A stretch of DNA of 64,000 nucleotides, taken from assembly GCA_963713605.1 (NCBI GenBank), contig CAVQMO010000001.1, positions 800,001-864,000 on the forward strand, written 5' to 3'. This stretch comes from an uncultured Nitrososphaerales archaeon (lineage in GTDB: Archaea; Thermoproteota; Nitrososphaeria; Nitrososphaerales; Nitrososphaeraceae). A program made the position numbers and the translations under genes. Below the pieces are notes generated by a model, which saw only the letters and a program-made list of their open reading frames with translations, had not been told where the DNA came from and ran no database searches. Shown here in pieces: positions 21,061-31,541 of this stretch; within the stretch, counting starts at the first letter, position 1, and the number at the start of each line of letters is the position of its first letter.

Positions 21061-22107
21061 TTGATCGCACTTAGCATGAGCTGCTCAGGAGAGTACACTT
21101 CCCACTCCTCAGGTAATAACCTAATCCAGATCGATACAAACGCGAAATCTAAATTACTGAACGCAAAGTATGGTGTATACAACCATTCAGCAGTGGAACT
21201 ATGTCACTGGACTAAAAAATCTTTTGCCCACGAGGGAGATTGTTATAAACGAAAATTTTACGGAATTTCGACTCATAGATGCATGGAAATGACTCCCACA
21301 GCACTAAACTGCGAAAATCGATGCGTCTATTGCTGGCGACCTACTGAATTTTATGATACTCTCATGATGCCGGAAGACCTAGTGGATGAACCAGATGCAA
21401 TTGTAAATAATCTGATTGAAGAACGCAGAAGACTTTTGACGGGATTCTATGGTCATAAGAAGTATGACAAGAATAGACTAGACGAAGCGTTATTTCCCCA
21501 ACATTATGCAATCTCACTTTCTGGAGAACCCACAATGTACCCAAAATTGCCTGCACTAATCAGGTATCTTAGGAAACTACAAGCGACTAAATCGATATTT
21601 TTGGTTACTAACGGACAAGAACCTCGAATGTTGGATCGACTAGCAGCAGAAGACTCTCTTCCTACCCAGCTGTACTTGTCTACGAACGCTACGAACAGGC
21701 CTGGTTTTATTAGGATAAATAGACCAAGGCATCCTGATGCATGGGAAAGGTGGCTGACAAGTTTGCAGTTTCTTGCTAGGTGTGAAACGAGAACCGTAAT
21801 TAGAATTACCCTTGTTAGAAGTCACAATTTTAATCATGAAACAATAGCGCAGTTTTCTAAACTAATTCCTGAGGCAAATCCCCATTTTATCGAGATAAAA
21901 TCATATATGCATGTAGGCATGTCAACACAGCGATTGGAGAGGGAAAATATGCTCGAAATGGAAGAGGTTAGGGAATTTTCTGAAAAACTTTGCGAAAAGC
22001 TTCCAGGATTCAATGAGATGGACGAGAGTGAGATTTCTAGAATAGTAGTCTTGCAGAACAAGAACAGATACACTGACAGGTTCATCTCGTCGTACTTGCA
22101 TCAATGA
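21061..22107 (+). CDS. taw1: 4-demethylwyosine synthase (radical SAM, Taw1/TYW1)
   Basis: HSAVELCHWT, CYKRKFYGISTHRCMEMTP, CENRCVYCWR, AISLSGEPT, FLVTNG. Confidence 0.93.
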   Translation: MIALSMSCSGEYTSHSSGNNLIQIDTNAKSKLLNAKYGVYNHSAVELCHWTKKSFAHEGDCYKRKFYGISTHRCMEMTPTALNCENRCVYCWRPTEFYDTLMMPEDLVDEPDAIVNNLIEERRRLLTGFYGHKKYDKNRLDEALFPQHYAISLSGEPTMYPKLPALIRYLRKLQATKSIFLVTNGQEPRMLDRLAAEDSLPTQLYLSTNATNRPGFIRINRPRHPDAWERWLTSLQFLARCETRTVIRITLVRSHNFNHETIAQFSKLIPEANPHFIEIKSYMHVGMSTQRLERENMLEMEEVREFSEKLCEKLPGFNEMDESEISRIVVLQNKNRYTDRFISSYLHQ

Positions 22108-22309
22108 TGGAATAAATAAGGTTAATAGAAGCCCTACCAACTTTACGGAATTGCTTGTCCTTGCTCGCCGCCAAGGACTCGCCTTCAAGAAATTGAAGGC
22201 ACAAAATAATCAAGGAACAAAATGGTCAAGTTATTTTTGTTCTCTGCCAAAATCCGATTACATTTAGTTTTTTTATATGCCCCTCTAAATTGCTAGTAAG
22301 GTCCGCTAA

Positions 22310-24383
22310 TTGAAAGACTGCAATACTGTAGCACTTATTACCTTGAGTCTCTTCATTTCAGCCATTTTTTATAGTGCAGGTGATACTTATTCACAGCTCT
22401 ACAATCCACATGGTGTAAAGATCTTGTCTCCTGTCAAGGAACAAGAGGTGTCCATAAATATCCGAAATTTCACGGTTGAAGGAGTTTCCACGGACAATTC
22501 TACGAACAACTGCGACGTGTCACTTCTTCTTAATGGGATTACTCCATATGCCAAAGTTTCTTCTAAGGTACAAAATGGACCGAATGATTTCTCAGCTTGG
22601 GAACGAATATTCGACTCCAATTTACACTTGAATGTCGGAGAAAACAAGTTAACTGCTAGGTTACTCTGTCCCGATGATAAAAGCGGTCAGATAACCAAAT
22701 ATCACTCTGTTAACTTCACAGGAACAAACGAAACGAGTTCTGCTCCCATAACTAAGGAATTGAATTCGCTCTCAACAAGAGATAATATATCTCCAACCAA
22801 CATTAATGAAGTCGATGAAACCGAATCGACCTCATCAGAAAATGAAACGAGTTCTGCTCCCATAACTAAGGAATTGAATTCGCTCTCAACAAGAGATAAT
22901 ATATCTCCAACCAACATTAATGAAGTCGATGAAACCGAATCGACCTCATCAGATATTGACGATCAAACCGAAGTTACGAGCAGGGATCAAGTGTTTAGGA
23001 ATATAACTTCAGGTCCGGTAATAATCCCTCCTAGTGAGGATCAAGAGTCTGCCGTGTTTGATTCTTCATCTGTTAATGATTCTGTGATTATACCTAACGC
23101 AACCAACTCAGGTTTTGCTAAGGACAATGGAACCTCCCCATCTGTAATAATCCCTCCTAGTGAGGATCAAGAGTCTGCCGTGTTTGATTCTTCATCTGTT
23201 AATGATTCTGTGATTATACCTAACGCAACCAACTCAGGTTTTGCTAAGGACAATGGAACCTCCCCATCTGTAATAATCCCTCCTAGTGAGGATCAAGAAA
23301 CTTCAACTAACCATCTTGCACCTGTCAATAATCAGTCTTACAGCCGACCCAATCAAGTATCGAAGGAAATCATCGGGCACCAAGAGTCCCGGGGTGAAGA
23401 AAGCGACGATATTCCTCTAATATTTCCTACTCCGTCTCCTCGTGTCACATTCGATGATGATGGAGATAATTCTATTGTTGACAGTTCAGTTCAAGATTTG
23501 TCTCCTGTGATTAAAATTGAAAATAACAATACTGTGATTGAGGAGGGCTCACTCATGATGCTCAATTCAACCCAAAGTTATTCCCATGTTGGCCCGATCG
23601 TGTCGAATTCCTGGAAGCAACTGACAAACCATCCACTTGAGTACATTGAGGGTCTCAATCTGCCGATTCTGAAGTTTAGGGCCCCTTATGTTTCTCAAGA
23701 TACACCGCTTGAATTTGAAATTTCGGTTTCAGACTCGCATGGAAAGAGTAGCAGTGGAATAGCTCATGTTTTGGTGAGTGACGTTGCGAGCCTTGGATCA
23801 ACATCAAACACTTCCTCTGACATACTTAATCAGTCCATCTCGGATCCACATTCAGGGGGTATGACAACAAATGTAAGAATCCCTGACTCGTCCGAAACTA
23901 ATTTCTCGGGATCTCCAAGTGCATCCAACTCCTTCAGCTACACAGTCTAAGAACCAATCGCAAACAACAGTCGTTTCCAACTCCTCCGCGAGGGGAGATG
24001 AGAATGGCACTTCTGTGAGGGCCGTAGCTGGAGTTGATCAGATAGTAAACGAAGGTATGGAGGTTATTCTTAGTGGGGATTCTACTTCTACAAATAATAG
24101 TCAGTTATCATATGAATGGAAGCAGGTTGGTGGAGATGTCAAAGTATCTGCACCAGGACAGCAGAATGCAAAACAAATTAGCTTCCAGGCACCAGAGGTA
24201 AATAAGGATTCAAAATTAACCTTCAGGTTTATCGCGTCTGCTGATGGAAGACAAATCTCGTCGGACGAGGTTACCATTACCATAAATGATATCCTTCCGA
24301 ATCATGAGGAAAACGAATCAACGGATTCCCAGGATGGGGAAATAAGTGATAGCGAGGACGACGACAATGATGATGATAATTAG
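22310..24383 (+). CDS. Secreted/surface protein: signal peptide, Ig-like domain, Ser/Thr/Asn-rich tandem repeats, two PKD/REJ-like domains and an acidic tail (apparent frameshift ~23935)
   Basis: Hydrophobic N-terminus; SWKQL..FRAPYV..LEFEISVSD and AGVDQIVNEG..YEWKQVGG..FQAPEV..LTFRF motifs; many N-x-S/T sequons. Confidence 0.72.
22730..22953 (+). repeat. In-frame tandem duplication, 2 x 114 bp
   Basis: GAAACGAGTTCTGCTCCCATAACT... begins at 22730 and 22844; encodes ETSSAPITKELNSLSTRDNISPTNINEVDETESTSS twice. Confidence 0.95.
23018..23298 (+). repeat. In-frame tandem repeat, about 2.2 x 126 bp
   Basis: GTAATAATCCCTCCTAGTGAGGATCAAGA at 23018, 23144 and 23270. Confidence 0.95.
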
Positions 24384-24449
24384 TCCTTTTTTGATAACGC
24401 TTCTGAAATTGCTGGAAAACTAACCATGAAGTGATTCATGACCGAGGTC

Positions 24450-25070
24450 TCAAACTGAGTGGACTTCGACTCCGTAGTATGAGTGATTTCCATATTTAAT
24501 ACGAGTCTTAATGTACCATTTTGAAAATTTCTTAATAGACTTGTGGCGATGGGAGAAGACTGCTTTCCTATTTGATATGCTTAACTCTCCGTACGTCTTA
24601 GTGGTGTTTTCCGGGATAAAAATAGGATCAAAGCCCCAACCTCCATCAGTAGCTAATCTGCTTAGCATCCCTTGCGTCTTGCCAGTAAACATCTTTAAGG
24701 TTTGACCATCATTATATGCAATCACTGAAAGGAAGTGCGCTTTTCTGTTTGTTCTATTTTCCATTAGTTTCAATAGACCCTGGTTACCTAAGGTTTTGTA
24801 AACAAATGATGAATACTGTCCTGGGAAACCTTTCAACGAGCTTATGTAAAATCCATCATCTTCAATTATGACCGGCTTTTGGAGATATTCAAAGGCATTG
24901 GTCGATTTGGCCTTTGCTATTCGATGTACTGATTCGGATTGGATTTCCTGGAGTGACATCTTGACAAAGTGGGATTCTACTCCGTAATGACTCAGTATTT
25001 GCTCAATTTCTCTGTACTTATTAGAATTCGAACTTGCAAAATAAATTTCCTTGATATTCGTCTCTCCCAA
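24450..25070 (-). CDS. rdgB: Non-canonical purine NTP pyrophosphatase (RdgB/HAM1)
   Basis: FASSNSNKYRE, EIQS, IEDDG, GFPG.YS, GWGFDPIF, SHR. Confidence 0.93.
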   Translation of the reverse strand: MGETNIKEIYFASSNSNKYREIEQILSHYGVESHFVKMSLQEIQSESVHRIAKAKSTNAFEYLQKPVIIEDDGFYISSLKGFPGQYSSFVYKTLGNQGLLKLMENRTNRKAHFLSVIAYNDGQTLKMFTGKTQGMLSRLATDGGWGFDPIFIPENTTKTYGELSISNRKAVFSHRHKSIKKFSKWYIKTRIKYGNHSYYGVEVHSV

Positions 25071-25131
25071 ATTGATATGCTATAGTAGAATCAATTGGAG
25101 GTCATTATTATTTCAATACCATTAGTCGACA

Positions 25132-25812
25132 CTAATAGGAATTCATAATGCGTGAATATCTTCCTCTGGTCTGTATTTCGTCAACCTTTCGCAATACCCT
25201 CCTCCCTCTTTCGGAAGGGCTAAATGACGAATACGCCTCTGAGAAATTCGAGAAAGCTTCATCAAAAATATCACAGTGCACGCTATTTAGGACCTCCTTT
25301 AACATCCGCACCTCCGATGCCATGTCTTCCAATCTTTGAGAGAAGAAGGATAAACCAAAATCTATTATTGCGAGTTCCGTATAATTTTCCCGTGGGCGAC
25401 TTTCCAGAATAAAATTAGCAGTAGTTACGTCTCCGTGGATAATGTTCTTGGAATGAAGTTTTGCAATACACTCTCCTAATTTTAATGCGAGGTCGGCCGA
25501 AAAGACAGTTTTCAAATTTTCGCCTTTGATGTACTCCATAATTATTTCATTGCGGTGTATATCCAAGAAATATACGTATGGAGATCTAATCCCTGCTTCT
25601 TTGGCCTTCGAGAGCATCTCTGCCTCGCGAATTGTCCTTCTATGTCTCAGCTCCCTGTCTAGGACAGGATGTCGATAAGATCTCTCAGTTCTCAATTTTG
25701 ATAGCGCTCGCTTGTCATACCAACTAATTAGAAAAAGATCTGCCTCAGACCCTTTCTTGAGTAGACTCGGAAGCTTGTTCGACAACAATAATATAAATCG
25801 GAACAATATCAT
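25132..25812 (-). CDS. bud32: KEOPS complex kinase Bud32 (true start probably ~25785)
   Basis: KGSEA, YRHPVLD, RTIREA, IIHGDVTTAN, IDFGL. Confidence 0.92.
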   Translation of the reverse strand: MILFRFILLLSNKLPSLLKKGSEADLFLISWYDKRALSKLRTERSYRHPVLDRELRHRRTIREAEMLSKAKEAGIRSPYVYFLDIHRNEIIMEYIKGENLKTVFSADLALKLGECIAKLHSKNIIHGDVTTANFILESRPRENYTELAIIDFGLSFFSQRLEDMASEVRMLKEVLNSVHCDIFDEAFSNFSEAYSSFSPSERGRRVLRKVDEIQTRGRYSRIMNSY

Positions 25813-25818
25813 AAAAGT

Positions 25819-26148
25819 GTGAGCGGGGCTGAACCTAGACTAGGAGAAAAACTGATCATACAAGAAGACTGTGCAGAGGATAAATTGAGAAATGGAATAT
25901 TGACATTGACAAACCAACGACTCATTTTCGAAAAGACAGAAGGCAGGATGACAACATTGAGCAAGAAAACAGAGGAGGTACTGCTCGACATTCCATTGGA
26001 AAAGATTTCAGCATCAAAGTCAGAGGGCTTTATCATAGCAAAAGTCGTCGTAGAATTAAGTGATCGGACTTACAAGTTCGGCGTCCTAAATACAGGACAT
26101 TGGGCCAAAGAAATAATGACCCAGGTTAACAAAGTCAAAGGTAGTTAA
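25819..26148 (+). CDS. Small PH/GRAM-like fold protein (hypothetical)
   Basis: GILTLTNQRLIFEK...DIPLEKI...YKF...W helix pattern. Confidence 0.6.
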   Translation: MSGAEPRLGEKLIIQEDCAEDKLRNGILTLTNQRLIFEKTEGRMTTLSKKTEEVLLDIPLEKISASKSEGFIIAKVVVELSDRTYKFGVLNTGHWAKEIMTQVNKVKGS

Positions 26149-26158
26149 TTGGTCTTGA

Positions 26159-27171
26159 TTACCTCCATGTTACATTCACGGAGTCCAACCGCCAAGTTTG
26201 ATCGATAAACCCATTTTCTGGCGCTACACCAACTTTCGAATGCACATGATCAACTAGGCTTGTTAACGCAATTTGGACGCCGTTGTCTCCCGCATAACGG
26301 ATTGGACAGATATGCAGCCTAGTACCCGTGTCTTGCGCAAACATAATTTAACATGTCTGCTAGACGTCTATTAGCCGCTACTCCTCCAACTACTAGCACT
26401 TCTTCTTTGTTCGTAAATGAAATAGCTCTCTCTGTGGCCTCGGCCAAAATTGCAAACGCCGTTTCTTGTAAAGAGTAACATGTATTACCGATATCAAATC
26501 TCCCGCCCTTGGCACGTTTTATTGCGGCTGTAAGCAACCCACTGAATGAAACGTCGTTTCCCTTAATCGTGTATGGTATCAAGGAATACTCTTTTCTAGA
26601 ATTGCTTGCTAATCTTTCAATCATCGACCCACAAGGGGATGAAAAACCCAATGACCTGCCAAATTGATCAAGTAGTTGACCTATGGTGATGTCCAAGGTT
26701 TCTCCGAATATTCTCCATCTTTTATTCAAATGCAAGAGAATCATCGTGTGACCGCCTGAAACCAGAATGACCAAAGGATTCTTAGCACCTGTCAAACAAG
26801 CCCCCAGTTCAATATGAGCTAATGCATGATTGACAGGCACCAAAGGTTTTCTATAGTATGTGGACAGGAGGCGAGCTAGAACAGACTCCTATCCTTAGGC
26901 ATGGTCCCAGTCCGGGACCTCCAGAATAACCTATTATATCTATTTGTTCCATCTCTAAAGAAGAAAGGGCAACTGCTTCTTTCAAGATTCTGCTGCAAGC
27001 ATCCGCGTGGTGTCTGGATGCCTCTCTTGGGTGTATCCCGGAACCTTCTGGAGGCCTATAGGACGACCGTACATCTGACAGTATCCTAAAAGATCCTGTC
27101 CTCTTCCCTTTCATTTCTGCAATGGCACAACCGAAAGTATGAGCTGTACTTTCTATTCCTAAAGCTAACAA
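26159..27171 (-). CDS. kae1: tRNA N6-threonylcarbamoyltransferase Kae1 (two apparent frameshifts, ~26875 and ~26325)
   Basis: LGIESTAHT, GIHPREA, GPGLGPCL, VNHALAHIE, VSGGHT, ETLDI, GGVAAN and DNG spread over three ORFs. Confidence 0.93.
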
Positions 27172-27187
27172 ATAATGTTCCTATCTC

Positions 27188-28392
27188 CTATCTTCTACTG
27201 GTCGCTGAAACTATTTTGATCACATCTTTGTCCTTTAACTTGTACTCTGCTCCTACCCTCTGTTTAGATCTGACATCGATAGCGTAAAGGAAGCCTTTGC
27301 CCAATTGTTCGTGTACCTTTCCAGCAAGATCCTTCACAGTAGTGTCATTCGATAACAGATAAGCATCAGGAAGAACATTTCCCTTCTTATCCATTAGTCT
27401 GTTTTCATCCTCTACAGGGTAAACAACGATCATTCCAAGCAGTCCGAAGCATACCCTATTCAAAATCTGCTGAACACCTGTTGAACCATATCTAGTTAGA
27501 ACTGTGCGAACTTTCTCCAATGCCTTCATTTGGTCTTCCCGGAGTAACGCTTTTGGGTTGATGTCAAATGAACTATCACCAGGAAGGTACCGTAGCATAC
27601 CATTTTTTGATCCGAGCTTAAGCATAACTTCGGCCTCGGAAATACAGGGGATGATCTCGCTGTCGAGGCTCTTAAGTCTTAGTAAGTTCGATTCAGCTGT
27701 TAGGAAATCTGCCTTGTTAGGCAGCAACTATCATCGGTTTTGACAATTTCCTTAATGTTTGACAGAACAACAATAAATCATTGGGAGACCAGGAAGATAA
27801 CTTCTTATCACAAAGTCCTGTCTCATTCAACGAAGTAATTATCTGACTCTCCCTCACCGACAATCCTGAAAGTTGTCTTGATAATATCTTTGATATCTTA
27901 TCTGGAGCACCCTGCAAATCTCTTGAAGACCTTTCTAAGTTCTTCTTCAAATTTGTAACCAACCACAAGTCAAATTCTTCTAATACAAATTCTGCATCCT
28001 GTACTGGATCTCCTGTTCCAGGGCTTACCGCGCGGCCCTCCAAATCAGTACTTCCGGCTACGTCTACCACATGCACCAGCGCATCTGCCTCTCTCGCACT
28101 ATCTAGAAATTGGTTTCCTAGGCCTCTGCCAGTGTGGGCACCTGGAACAAGCCCTGCTATGTCCAGAATTCTTATAGGAATATATCTGCTACCGTCTATA
28201 CACATTGAATGCAATGGGTTATCCTTAACTTGGAATTCTCTGCATACGCACCTTGTCCTTACATATCCTATGCCAATGTTCGGCTCTATCGTTGTAAATG
28301 GAAAGTTAGCAGTTTGAACTCCTAGACTTGTAGGCAGCGTTGAAGAACGTAGACTTACCGACATTTGATTTACCAATAATCCCGATTAGCAA
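27188..28392 (-). CDS. ychF: YchF/Obg-family translation-associated ATPase/GTPase with C-terminal TGS domain (apparent frameshifts ~28332 and ~27725)
   Basis: TTG-LIGIIGKSNVGKSTFFNAA (P-loop, read directly), ANFPFTTIEPN, DIAGLVPGAH.GRGLGNQFL, NKAD, VLPD. Confidence 0.9.
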
Positions 28393-28546
28393 TTATGTCC
28401 AGATGTTATAGTATTATTATATATAGACATACTTCACATCCTGGAAAAATCCAACAAACTATGCCTCTGAACTATGTTGTCTTTAGTTCTGGCACTAAAC
28501 TTAAATAGCTATCCAGATCTTATGAAGCATTTTAGGAGAACTTGAT

Positions 28547-29920
28547 TTGGCCGGAATTGTGGCTGTTTCAGACGCTGAAACTGGAAGGGCAAAAAATGTT
28601 GTCTACATTCTGGCTCACTGTATGCGAATGCTCCAGCACAGAGGCAAGGCTTATTGGAAATTAATGGTAGGCAAGAATATCGCCGAAGGTGATGGCCCTT
28701 TGCCGTATGAAGAAAAGATTTTCAGAATTGTAAAGGAGCGTAAGCTTACCGGAAATGATGGGATTGGATTTCTATCCAAGCGGCGGCCGGAGTCGAGTGG
28801 CTTTAATCACAGTCAAATCGCCTTGGATGGATTTTTAGTGGATACCGAAAAACTATACCTACACCCCATGATAGGGGGGGCAAGGCAAAGCGATCCACTG
28901 TATCAAATCTATTGCATTTTCAAGATACTTCTGACCAAGAATTGTGATCCACCGAAGGCTAGCGACTTTCTAGACCGGCACTTGAGAGGAAATATGCTTG
29001 TACGGATGGATGGCAACATCTATGCTTATCGAAATAGCACGGGGTTCAAGCCTCTAGTATTAGGAAGTGACAAAAAAGAGTCATTGCACGTGATTGCGTC
29101 AGAAAATTCTTTACGGATTTCGTTAATAGATCTCACATTCAGAGATGTGGTTCCAGGGGAACTATTAAAACTTGACAGAAAATCTGGTCCTGTCACATTG
29201 ACGACCCAGTCATCACCCAATGTGGTAGCAGACCCTTTCGAATTTATCAGGGAATCGAATGTGGCATCCATCGTAAATGGCAAAAGCATTTATGAAATAA
29301 GGAAAAATATCGGAAGGGAGCAGTCAAAGTTTCTTTCTGGGAGATTCCGCATCGAATCGGCATTCGCTGAACCCGACTACACGAGACCTATGGGCTTGGG
29401 CTTTAGCTTGGAATATCAAAAAAATCATAAGATGTTTGAAATAGGTGAAGGTGTCATAAAGGATCGATATGACGATTCCGATCACATGATCGACTTTTCA
29501 GAGGAAGTAAGCAAGTACAAACTATTAACGACAAGTAAATCCTTGAAATTTGTTGTGGAGAATTTGGTCGCAGATAAGAGTATTGGAACAATCCAGGGTA
29601 CCATTCAGACCGGTGCCACGGTCAAGGAGACAATTCATTATCTGAAGAAAGCAGGAGCCAAACAGATTATTGTCATTGTTAGCTATCCACCAACGATTGA
29701 TGGTAGACAGGTCGGACTTTACACACAAAACCGAGATCTTGTCGCCAACAAGTATGTAGGTAAAGTGTCATCCATCGATGAAATCAATGTTCTAATGAGT
29801 CACGAAATAGGTGCTGACAGGGTCTATTATAATTCCCCTACTTCATTGGCTAAGGCTATTGGCATAGCCGAAGGAAACTTATGGTTTCCGGAGTGGATAC
29901 GGTTCTTGGAGTACCAGTGA
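28547..29920 (+). CDS. Divergent amidophosphoribosyltransferase (PurF)-like protein lacking catalytic residues
   Basis: MAGIV, LQHRG, GFKPLVLG, RDVVPGE, FE, SIYEIRKNIG, KAGAK, IGAD: PurF architecture with the key residues replaced. Confidence 0.78.
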   Translation: MAGIVAVSDAETGRAKNVVYILAHCMRMLQHRGKAYWKLMVGKNIAEGDGPLPYEEKIFRIVKERKLTGNDGIGFLSKRRPESSGFNHSQIALDGFLVDTEKLYLHPMIGGARQSDPLYQIYCIFKILLTKNCDPPKASDFLDRHLRGNMLVRMDGNIYAYRNSTGFKPLVLGSDKKESLHVIASENSLRISLIDLTFRDVVPGELLKLDRKSGPVTLTTQSSPNVVADPFEFIRESNVASIVNGKSIYEIRKNIGREQSKFLSGRFRIESAFAEPDYTRPMGLGFSLEYQKNHKMFEIGEGVIKDRYDDSDHMIDFSEEVSKYKLLTTSKSLKFVVENLVADKSIGTIQGTIQTGATVKETIHYLKKAGAKQIIVIVSYPPTIDGRQVGLYTQNRDLVANKYVGKVSSIDEINVLMSHEIGADRVYYNSPTSLAKAIGIAEGNLWFPEWIRFLEYQ

Positions 29921-30255
29921 TTGTTCTGGATATCAAGACAGATGTCGAAAGGCTCAGACTAGCAAATGCACCAATAAACAAAGTAGTGTTATTCGAAGGC
30001 GTTTTATTATCAGTCGAAAACATATCGATTGAAAGAGTAGAACTCAGGCATTACCGGGAAGGATTGGACAAGGAAAAGGGAATTTATTCACTAATAACGG
30101 TTTACCTTAAATCAACCAAAGGAGAGGTAGAACTTAAGTTCGATGAAGGGTTCAAAGGAAAAGATCCTCTCCCAGAGATTTCATTAATTCTGAAGAGATA
30201 CGTAGGTCTTGAGTCATTAATAAATCGACTCCTCATCGCGTTCAATGAAACGTAG
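29917..30255 (+). CDS. Hypothetical protein coupled to the PurF-like gene
   Basis: GTGA start/stop overlap at 29917-29920. Confidence 0.65.
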   Translation: MIVLDIKTDVERLRLANAPINKVVLFEGVLLSVENISIERVELRHYREGLDKEKGIYSLITVYLKSTKGEVELKFDEGFKGKDPLPEISLILKRYVGLESLINRLLIAFNET

Positions 30256-30337
30256 GGAGTTGAAATTAGCTTCTCATAGTTAATTGCAACATCATAGCGT
30301 CTGCCCGACAGCCTCCTAGAAGGATTAGGTAGTATCG

Positions 30338-30847
30338 TTATTTAAAATCCTCACGAACAGATTTTGCATGGTCACGAATATGTTTAACATTGTCTACTAT
30401 TCCTGCAATATCCGGATTCCCATCTGCACTTCCGATGGTATGCAACAGCTGTTTTATTTCTAATACCATTGAACTAATTTCTGAGATCAGATTTCTTGAT
30501 GCGCTAACCAATTCCTTAGTACTTCCCTCGCTGTTAAGGGTATCTAGTGCAAGTCTGCCTGCTCTTATAGTGCTCGAAATTTCATCCATTAGGCCTGAGT
30601 TCTGGGCCTCGCCACGCAGGCTATCTATTTTCGAAGAAATCCTTTCAATCGACTCCAATGCAAGCCTGAAATTTTCAATGTTTTTGACCATGGAAGGATC
30701 CTTGAAGGACTCGACTATCTCCTTAGTGGTACCTGCGATATCCTTCATTCTATTCAAAGATTCATGTACTTCGGGATTTTTGAGGTCTCGAATTATCTGT
30801 ATCGCATTCGAGGAAGTCTCTCGAATGTCATTTAGTTTCCCGCCCAT
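30338..30847 (-). CDS. Hypothetical amphipathic-helical / coiled-coil protein
   Basis: 169-aa ATG ORF, repeated helical pattern (LKNPEV..., FKDPSM...). Confidence 0.6.
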   Translation of the reverse strand: MGGKLNDIRETSSNAIQIIRDLKNPEVHESLNRMKDIAGTTKEIVESFKDPSMVKNIENFRLALESIERISSKIDSLRGEAQNSGLMDEISSTIRAGRLALDTLNSEGSTKELVSASRNLISEISSMVLEIKQLLHTIGSADGNPDIAGIVDNVKHIRDHAKSVREDFK

Positions 30848-31213
30848 AATTGTAATACATTCACTTAGTTAATAAAACTAAACTAGTGCAAACTATTCAT
30901 GGTGAGATAAGAGTGGGATGAAACGGTATATTGCAATTGGATATTGCCATGACCTGATTAGTCGAGTTGGCAGTAAGAGAAATCTATCTCGCTCATGAGA
31001 TACCAATTCACGAACTAATGTGACAATAGCCCCCTTTTGAGTAGCTTGAAAGAATTTAGACATTATCCGTGAGGCGTTTATACCAGTACCATGATATCAA
31101 ACCTTTATTCGTTAGAATCGGCAGAAGAAAACATTTACATTAATCTAAAAAAAAACAATACCATAATACTCAGTCGCGCCTCTTTTATTCTAGGTGATGG
31201 CGTATGCCAATAG

Positions 31214-31487
31214 ATGAAGCATAGGAATAGGTTAGAAATTATTGCGCTAATTCTCCAGAACGCATCGGATGAAAGTGGCGCATCTCAAAAAAAGATCATG
31301 TACAGGTCATTTTTGTCATATCACCATCTTAAAGACTATCTGACTCTATTATTGGTAAATGGCCTGATCGAGTTTTTGGATATTCAAAGAAAATATAAGA
31401 TTACAGTCGAAGGGCAAGAAATTTTTGCAAATATATAATGGACTTAATGAAGTAGTAGAATTAACAAATACGATTACCTCGAGATGA
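31214..31487 (+). CDS. Winged-helix transcriptional regulator (apparent frameshift ~31410)
   Basis: MKHRNRLEIIALIL...KIMYRSFLSY..LKDYL.LL..NGLI...YKIT.G; a second frame continues FLQIYNGLNEVVEL to TGA at 31485-31487. Confidence 0.78.
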
Positions 31488-31541
31488 ATTTAGAAGGCAC
31501 CTCTTACCTTATGCCAAACTCGTAGCTTTGTTTTTCCTACT

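Noticed and set aside
22730..23298. Tandem repeats as a CRISPR array
   Set aside because: Units are 114 and 126 bp, in frame, within a CDS and without unique spacers; no cas genes in the window
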